Shown: piece by piece, positions 58,180 through 64,000 of the stretch
Numbering within the stretch: the first letter of the stretch is position 1
How the letters are laid out: each line of letters starts with the position of its first letter
Notes under the pieces: model-generated
Told to the model about the DNA's origin: nothing
Databases searched by the model: none
What the model saw: the letters and a program-made list of their open reading frames with translations, nothing else
Assembly (NCBI GenBank): GCA_043808155.1
Contig: JAZDFD010000023.1
Span: 1-64,000, forward strand
Direction of reading: 5' to 3'
DNA length: 64,000 nt
From: Candidatus Iainarchaeum sp.
GTDB lineage: Archaea > Iainarchaeota > Iainarchaeia > Iainarchaeales > JAZDFD01
Made by a program: the position numbers and the translations under genes

Positions 58180-60798
58180 TTACTTCTTGTATGCCCATCT
58201 ATGATTTTTGTCTACTGGTTTTTCGTTTCTTATTTTGCCTGCAAGATCTGACAGGAATTCAGATTGTCTGCTTCTAGAAGAAGGTCCAAATCCGCCTTTA
58301 TCTGCTTTTCTGTATGCTGCACTCAAACCAAAGCTGTTTGAAATTCCGTTGTCAGATCCGCCTTGCCCTGATCGCATGTAATTAACAACAAACAATGCCA
58401 CTGCTGCTAAAATAAGCAAACCAAGACCCAGCATTATATACTCGCTACCTAAAAGATTTGCAAACATAGTTAACGCTGATGGTTCCTCTTCTGCAGAAGG
58501 TTCATCTGCAACAACTGTGTTCGTTTCTGTTGTTGCAACTGTTCTTACTGATGGTTCTTTTTCTGTTGTGCTTTTTGCAACTCCATTATCGTCTTCAAGA
58601 ACTATTGATTCTTCCACAATTTCTTCGTCTGTCAGTGTAATTGTTATTTCTTTATTTGTTGCATTTCCGCATGCGTCTCTTGCTATTGCTCTTATTGTGT
58701 AATTGCCTAATTCTTTTTCACTTGCATCCCACTCATAAATCCAGTTGTTTCCTGAACTTGGGGATGTTGTGCTTCCAAGGAATTTCATGTCGTAATAAAA
58801 TTTTACGCTTCCCATTGTGCTATTGTCAGTTGCACTCACTTTTAGCTCTATAGTTCCTTTGTTGAATTTTTGTCCATCTTTTGGAAAAACCCAGTCTAAT
58901 TTTGGTTCCGTAGTGTCACTGCATGATGAGCCTCCACCACTACTAGTTCTTCCTGAATCACTACTATCATCATTGCTTGGTGCTTCAGGTGTTGCAGATT
59001 TTACATTACTGTATGAACTTTCATTCCCTGCATTATCAACAGCCCGAATTTTGAAATCATATTCTGTTCCGTTACTTAATCCGTCTGCATAGTATTCTGT
59101 ATCTGTTGTTGTGTCAATTTCAGATCCGTTTTGGTAAATTTTATAGTGTTTGATTCCTGAATCACCATTATCTGAAACCTCGTCCCAGTCCAAATAAACT
59201 TCCCCATTTCTTGAATTTGCTGTATTAAGTGTTGGCGTATCCGGGTCGCTATTGTCATATTTTACTTCTGTTTTTATAGTTACAGTTGATGTATTTTCTG
59301 CAGCGTCTTTAAACTGAACATATACATTTTTTGTTCCGTTTCCCGTACTGCAACCATAACTTGAAGAATCAATGTCAAAGTTAGTGTATGTTGAACTATA
59401 ATTTACCCAACTTGTCCATGATGATTCATTACATGAAAATCTCATTTCAATTACGCTTGAACCCGTGCCGTCTGCACTTAATTCAAATTCCGGGGTCTCA
59501 TCATTTGTGTAGTTGCTTGTATAGTCATTTGTTATTGAACCCGTTGGTTCTGTTGTATCATAATTGGTTGAATCGTTTTTGATGTCAGAATAATTATCTT
59601 CGTCATCTTTTACAACTGAATAAATTGTTTTTGTTCCGTTTGAAGTACTACAGGCATAAGCCGCGGTTGTAATGTCAAAGTCGCTGTAACTTGTAACACA
59701 ACCTATGGATTTCCACTCACTAGTATTTAATTCGTTATTATTGCAACTTAGCAGTATGTCGTGACAATCACCAGCGTAGTCTAATGTGAATTCTGGTGTT
59801 GAATCACTGGTAACGTCAGTAACTGTAATTGAATTATTGACAGGTAGCCAGTTCATGTCAATACTATTAAAATCCCCTGAAGTCCAATTTCCTGCAGTGT
59901 CAGAAAATTTAACATAAAGTGTTTTTGCACCATCGTCTGTGGAGCACCCATACTGCCCAGAAACCAAATCAAATGCATTATAAGTTGTTGCATAAGATAC
60001 AGAATCTGAATACTCGCTTTCTACGCCACTACAGCTGAATTTCATTTGACCGTTATCTATTCCTGAAATTAGGTCTGTTGCTTCCAGTGTTAATGAAGGT
60101 GTGGTGTCTGTTATTTCTCCTTCTTGTGCATTATCAAAGATTAATTTTACAAATGTAGGTTCGGTTTTATCTAAGTTTAAAATCTGACTTAAAATTCCTT
60201 CCTCATTTCCAACATTATCTGTTGAATTAAATCTTATGTAATTTGTTCCTTCAGTTGAGTGGGTTATTTCTGAAGTGTAAGTTGTAGCTGGAGTGCATGT
60301 ATTAACTGAATCAATACAATAGTTTGTTTCTGCACATCCGCTTCCAGTAGCATCATCACAAGCAAGTGTTATTGCAATATCTGCAGTTTGCCAGTTTGTT
60401 GATGTAAATGAGGGTGTTGTAACAGGTGCGGTATCATCAACAGTAACTGCAACAGCAGTTCCAGTTCCTAATTCGCCGTTGGTTGCTTTCATATTAACTG
60501 TTAAGGGTGTTCCGTCAGTTTGCCCAGTGATATTTTCAGTGCAGCTATTGGTGTCTCCAACAGTCCAAGTTGCAGCATACCAGTTAGCTCCATTATTTAA
60601 GGTATATTCACAGCCAGTAATTGCTGGATCTCCGCCTCCGATTGTAAATTCTGTTGTTATACTGAAATCTGTAGCCGTGTAGTTGGTTCCTCCATTGTCA
60701 TAAATTGGATCAACTAATACGCTCCCTGCTGTTGGCGCTGCAGCAAAAACGCTTGCAGCCATAAAAATAGTCAAAAATATTGCTAATAATTTCCTCAA
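58180..60798 (-). CDS. Surface glycoprotein with Ig-like/fibronectin type III domains and C-terminal TM
   Basis: Signal peptide; repeated D.T.P units; FN3 segment (LDWDEVSD..YKIY..YDFKIRAVDNAGNES); TM near the C-terminus. Confidence 0.82.
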   Translation of the reverse strand: MRKLLAIFLTIFMAASVFAAAPTAGSVLVDPIYDNGGTNYTATDFSITTEFTIGGGDPAITGCEYTLNNGANWYAATWTVGDTNSCTENITGQTDGTPLTVNMKATNGELGTGTAVAVTVDDTAPVTTPSFTSTNWQTADIAITLACDDATGSGCAETNYCIDSVNTCTPATTYTSEITHSTEGTNYIRFNSTDNVGNEEGILSQILNLDKTEPTFVKLIFDNAQEGEITDTTPSLTLEATDLISGIDNGQMKFSCSGVESEYSDSVSYATTYNAFDLVSGQYGCSTDDGAKTLYVKFSDTAGNWTSGDFNSIDMNWLPVNNSITVTDVTSDSTPEFTLDYAGDCHDILLSCNNNELNTSEWKSIGCVTSYSDFDITTAAYACSTSNGTKTIYSVVKDDEDNYSDIKNDSTNYDTTEPTGSITNDYTSNYTNDETPEFELSADGTGSSVIEMRFSCNESSWTSWVNYSSTYTNFDIDSSSYGCSTGNGTKNVYVQFKDAAENTSTVTIKTEVKYDNSDPDTPTLNTANSRNGEVYLDWDEVSDNGDSGIKHYKIYQNGSEIDTTTDTEYYADGLSNGTEYDFKIRAVDNAGNESSYSNVKSATPEAPSNDDSSDSGRTSSGGGSSCSDTTEPKLDWVFPKDGQKFNKGTIELKVSATDNSTMGSVKFYYDMKFLGSTTSPSSGNNWIYEWDASEKELGNYTIRAIARDACGNATNKEITITLTDEEIVEESIVLEDDNGVAKSTTEKEPSVRTVATTETNTVVADEPSAEEEPSALTMFANLLGSEYIMLGLGLLILAAVALFVVNYMRSGQGGSDNGISNSFGLSAAYRKADKGGFGPSSRSRQSEFLSDLAGKIRNEKPVDKNHRWAYKK

Positions 60799-60941
60799 TT
60801 TCTCCCACCCCTAAATTTTAAGATTATTATATTATCTTTCTTATAGATATCTTTTAATACTTAATTACTTGATTTGTAAAATTTGAAAGTTATGTTTAAT
60901 TCGTGCATCAACTATAAATACTTGTATTGCATTTTTCTATA

Positions 60942-61454
60942 ATGGTGCCTGGATTAAATCCTTTTGAATTTTTTCGTAGAGTGAAAAATGCAAGGAGGGA
61001 AAAATTAGAAAAACAAGGCATCCGACCAAAACCAAGCAAAAAAGAAATACTTGAACAGCATATTGAAAGACAGCCTGAAGTAATTAAAGAACTTTCAAAA
61101 AGAGATGAAACCTTAAAATCAAGGCACAAACAAATAAATGATTCTATGATAGGTATGCCTGTTGTTGCTCTTGATGAATTTAAAACTCATTTTGCAAAAT
61201 ATAATGATGCATATTCTGATTTTCTTGCTGCAACTAAAAAAAATCATGTTGGGCTTACTGAATTAGAAGCTCTTGAATTATTTTTGGCAAATGCAAAAAA
61301 AGTAAGGAATTTGAAAAAGAAAGAATCTCTTATTAGACACTACGAAGAAAGACGGCTTTGGCTTGATTCAAAATTAACAACACTTGAAAATGCTGAAGAA
61401 GAATTGATTAAAGTACTTATGAAAAAAGGAATTTTGCAAAAAGATTTCAGATAA
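60942..61454 (+). CDS. Hypothetical helical protein (paralog of 61645..62097)
   Basis: Shares ATKK and KLTTL.N..E.L motifs with the next orphan. Confidence 0.65.
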   Translation: MVPGLNPFEFFRRVKNARREKLEKQGIRPKPSKKEILEQHIERQPEVIKELSKRDETLKSRHKQINDSMIGMPVVALDEFKTHFAKYNDAYSDFLAATKKNHVGLTELEALELFLANAKKVRNLKKKESLIRHYEERRLWLDSKLTTLENAEEELIKVLMKKGILQKDFR

Positions 61455-61592
61455 GCGCGCCCTTCAAAATGTCTTTAATGCTTAAATGCTCACCCAAATT
61501 ATCATAATCAGATACGGTTGCAATATTTGCATAACAAAGTTCTGCCTTTCTCACTAATACTGCTTCAGGACACAAGTCATGCCAATAACATC
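61447..61592 (-). pseudogene. Degenerate 3' fragment of MTAP
   Basis: PEAVLVRKAELCYANIATVSDYDNLGE...LKGALI matches the C-terminus of 62107..62880, with an internal deletion. Confidence 0.85.
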
Positions 61593-61644
61593 CTAAAAAT
61601 GCGCCCTGCGAAATAATAATAAATATCAAAGTTCTATTTCTATT

Positions 61645-62097
61645 ATGCCAAAGCCACCAGAACACAAAGGAAGGCCTGAAAGAAAATTATCAACAACTGA
61701 AAGACAACGCTTGCAAGCGCGAGTTGAAAGAGAGAAAAAAAATCTAAGAGAACTCTCTGTTATAATTGAGGCTCGATTTCATGTCTCTTACCACTTAAGA
61801 GACATTCGCTTACAAATACGGGATGGCATGAAAGCGGGAGATAGAATAGCTATTGAAAACTGGCCCATTTTAGAGCCACTTTTTGATGATGTAGAGACTG
61901 CAACTAAAAAGTTCTATGACCTTGTTTTAACTCCTGAGTTTTGTGAACTTGATAGACATCTTGAAAACATACAAAATCCTGAAGACCTGCGACCGTATCT
62001 TAAGACTCGTGCACAAATTAATGCTAAACTCACAACCTTACAAAATACACATGAAAAATTAGTAATAAAACTAAAAAATTTACACCTTTTTAACTAA
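61645..62097 (+). CDS. Hypothetical helical protein (paralog of 60942..61454)
   Basis: 150-aa ORF with basic, Pro-rich N-terminus. Confidence 0.65.
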   Translation: MPKPPEHKGRPERKLSTTERQRLQARVEREKKNLRELSVIIEARFHVSYHLRDIRLQIRDGMKAGDRIAIENWPILEPLFDDVETATKKFYDLVLTPEFCELDRHLENIQNPEDLRPYLKTRAQINAKLTTLQNTHEKLVIKLKNLHLFN

Positions 62098-62106
62098 TTC
62101 AACTTC

Positions 62107-62880
62107 TTAAATCAGCGCGCCTTTCAAAGCATCTTTGCATAAGCACACCCGTTCTTTCGGAATTTTTGGAATCACTTCTTTCAGAAGTTTCATTACATTG
62201 TCATCGTTTTGTTTCATTACTGAAAGAACTTCTTCAGTTGAAACCGCAGTCTCACCCAAATTATCATAATCACTCACAACACAAACTGAGGCATAACAAA
62301 GTTCTGCTTCGCGTGCGAGGGTTGCTTCAGGAACTAATGTCATTCCAATAACATCTGCATAATTTCTGTACATTGCACTTTCTGCACGAGTTGAAAATCT
62401 TGGGCCTTCAATTACTGCGCAGGTTCCTTTGTCTTTGTAAGGAATGCTCAATTTATTGCATCCGTCAATCAAAATGTTTCTCATTATCTCGCAAAAAGGG
62501 TCTGATACATTAATGTGACATACTTTGTCTTCATCATAAAAAGTATATTCTCTTTTTTTAGTAAAATCAATAAAATGATCCGGAATAACAAAAGTCCCTG
62601 GCTCAATTTCCTTTTTCAGACTTCCGACTGCATTAACTGCAATAATGTGATTAACACCAACTTTTTTTAGTGCCATAATATTCGCACGATAATTTACATT
62701 TGTGGGATTTAGTTTATGTCCAATACCATGCCTTGGTAAAAATGCAACATTTTTGCTTGTGTAAACACCAACTTTTATAGGTGCTGAAGGTTTCCCGTAT
62801 TTTGTTTCAATTTCCTGTTCTTTTGGATTGTAAATAAATTCTGCATTATACAATCCTGAACCGCCAATAATTCCAATCAT
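62107..62880 (-). CDS. mtnP: S-methyl-5'-thioadenosine phosphorylase
   Basis: IGIIGGSG, FLPRHG, NYRANI, IEGPRFSTRAES, IGMT..PEA.LAREAELCY, SDYD. Confidence 0.93.
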   Translation of the reverse strand: MIGIIGGSGLYNAEFIYNPKEQEIETKYGKPSAPIKVGVYTSKNVAFLPRHGIGHKLNPTNVNYRANIMALKKVGVNHIIAVNAVGSLKKEIEPGTFVIPDHFIDFTKKREYTFYDEDKVCHINVSDPFCEIMRNILIDGCNKLSIPYKDKGTCAVIEGPRFSTRAESAMYRNYADVIGMTLVPEATLAREAELCYASVCVVSDYDNLGETAVSTEEVLSVMKQNDDNVMKLLKEVIPKIPKERVCLCKDALKGALI

Positions 62881-62902
62881 TATTCTTCCCCCGTGTAATT
62901 AA

Positions 62903-63994
62903 CTAATTTTTCTCCTCTAATTTATATCGCAGAGACCCCGTAACCCAGCTTGGATCTCCTCCCTGCTGTTTTATTTCATCCTCAATTTCCATAATTGCAA
63001 GCTCTGCTTCTTCACGCATGCCTGCATCTAGAAAAACATCAAATGCACTGCTTAAATAATGAACTGCATTATCCAGATCGCCTTTTAGTTCATGCATCCC
63101 TCTTCCATACAATATCTCCCCAAGTATTTTTTGTGCATGAGGCCCCGCAATTTTAGCAATGCCTTTTGCAGTTTCCTCTTCATACCTTAAAACAGATTTG
63201 TCCTCATTTATTTTCACTGTAAAAAAGCTTCTTAAATCCCCTTCTCCAAGACTTTTCAAACCATAATGTCTGCCAACTTTTTCAATAAGCCTTGACATTG
63301 CTTCTCTGTTATTTACCTCACGGTATGCTTCAGCCGCAAGCACAAAGTCCAAAATTGCACCTTCTCTTACAATGCCAACAGGGTGTTGGAGTGAATGTTC
63401 GCCAGATTCTTCGTATACTTCCCCAAGTAATGAATAGGCTCTTTTTTTGGGAATAAACCTGCACAATGCCTTTGCAATAGCCTGTCTATTACTATCTTTA
63501 GTCGCGGCAAATACTTTAAAAAGATTTTTAATTTCCGTGTCATCTGCTTTTGCAAGCCCTGTTTTTTGCACTATTCTTTCTGCTGAATTTTTATCGCCTG
63601 CAAGTCTGTAAAACTCAATTGTTTCTCCATGCAAAGACAATTTCTCTATTTTATCAGAACGTAAATCAGCCAGCCATTCAAACATTGTACCAAGTTCAGC
63701 ACATACCTCACGTTTTTCTCCTATTGTGCACAGCATTTCAGGAATTTCCGATAATTTTTTCCCTTTGAATTTGTCTGCAGTTAACACATTAAGTTGTCTT
63801 TCTTGTGAAATCAGCTGAAACATTCTTGTTATAAATTTCGGGGAAATTTTAATTTTTGTTGGAGTTTCAGCTTTTTTTCTGCCCTGTAATTTTAAAAACT
63901 CATTGTATTCATTACGAATTGCTAATGCACATTCTTCTGCAGTTTGTGGTTCAACATTGCCATGTAGAATTAGTTTTGATCTTCCTGCAGCCAT
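62903..63994 (-). CDS. Hypothetical alpha-helical repeat (TPR-like) protein
   Basis: 363 aa; internal repeats such as AYSLLGEVYEESGEHSL and AQKILGEILYGRGMHEL. Confidence 0.6.
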   Translation of the reverse strand: MAAGRSKLILHGNVEPQTAEECALAIRNEYNEFLKLQGRKKAETPTKIKISPKFITRMFQLISQERQLNVLTADKFKGKKLSEIPEMLCTIGEKREVCAELGTMFEWLADLRSDKIEKLSLHGETIEFYRLAGDKNSAERIVQKTGLAKADDTEIKNLFKVFAATKDSNRQAIAKALCRFIPKKRAYSLLGEVYEESGEHSLQHPVGIVREGAILDFVLAAEAYREVNNREAMSRLIEKVGRHYGLKSLGEGDLRSFFTVKINEDKSVLRYEEETAKGIAKIAGPHAQKILGEILYGRGMHELKGDLDNAVHYLSSAFDVFLDAGMREEAELAIMEIEDEIKQQGGDPSWVTGSLRYKLEEKN

Positions 63995-64000
63995 TTGGAC

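Overview
AT-rich archaeal chromosome segment. Archaeal markers include CTP-dependent riboflavin kinase, archaeal riboflavin synthase, a PAC2 chaperone, geranylgeranyl reductase, class III signal peptides, TATA boxes and GGTGA ribosome-binding sites. The gene content and the many giant or orphan surface proteins suggest a DPANN lineage such as Diapherotrites/Iainarchaeota (inference). The first ~38 kb is one cell-surface locus. It holds two paralogous giant N-anchored proteins (2343 and 2904 aa), the larger ending in a lytic transglycosylase (SLT) domain behind a hydrophobic helical region. It also holds a large pilin-like protein, an archaeosortase/exosortase-family enzyme, a type IV pilus ATPase and TadC platform, eight pilin-like genes interrupted by an intact-looking IS200/IS605 TnpB element, and a 1530-aa C-anchored surface protein. 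This is the best candidate for a new system: a pilus-associated contact apparatus carrying a peptidoglycan-type glycan lyase in an archaeon. The rest of the window has ribK-ribC-ribH, a second Tad operon whose ATPase is fused to a multi-[4Fe-4S] ferredoxin, Ca2+ transporters, uppS, tRNA-Gln(CUG) followed by a 52-bp hairpin direct repeat, a KaiC-like ATPase operon with surface proteins, GGR, MTAP with a duplicated 3' fragment, and several orphans. All assignments come from motif reading by eye; no searches were run.
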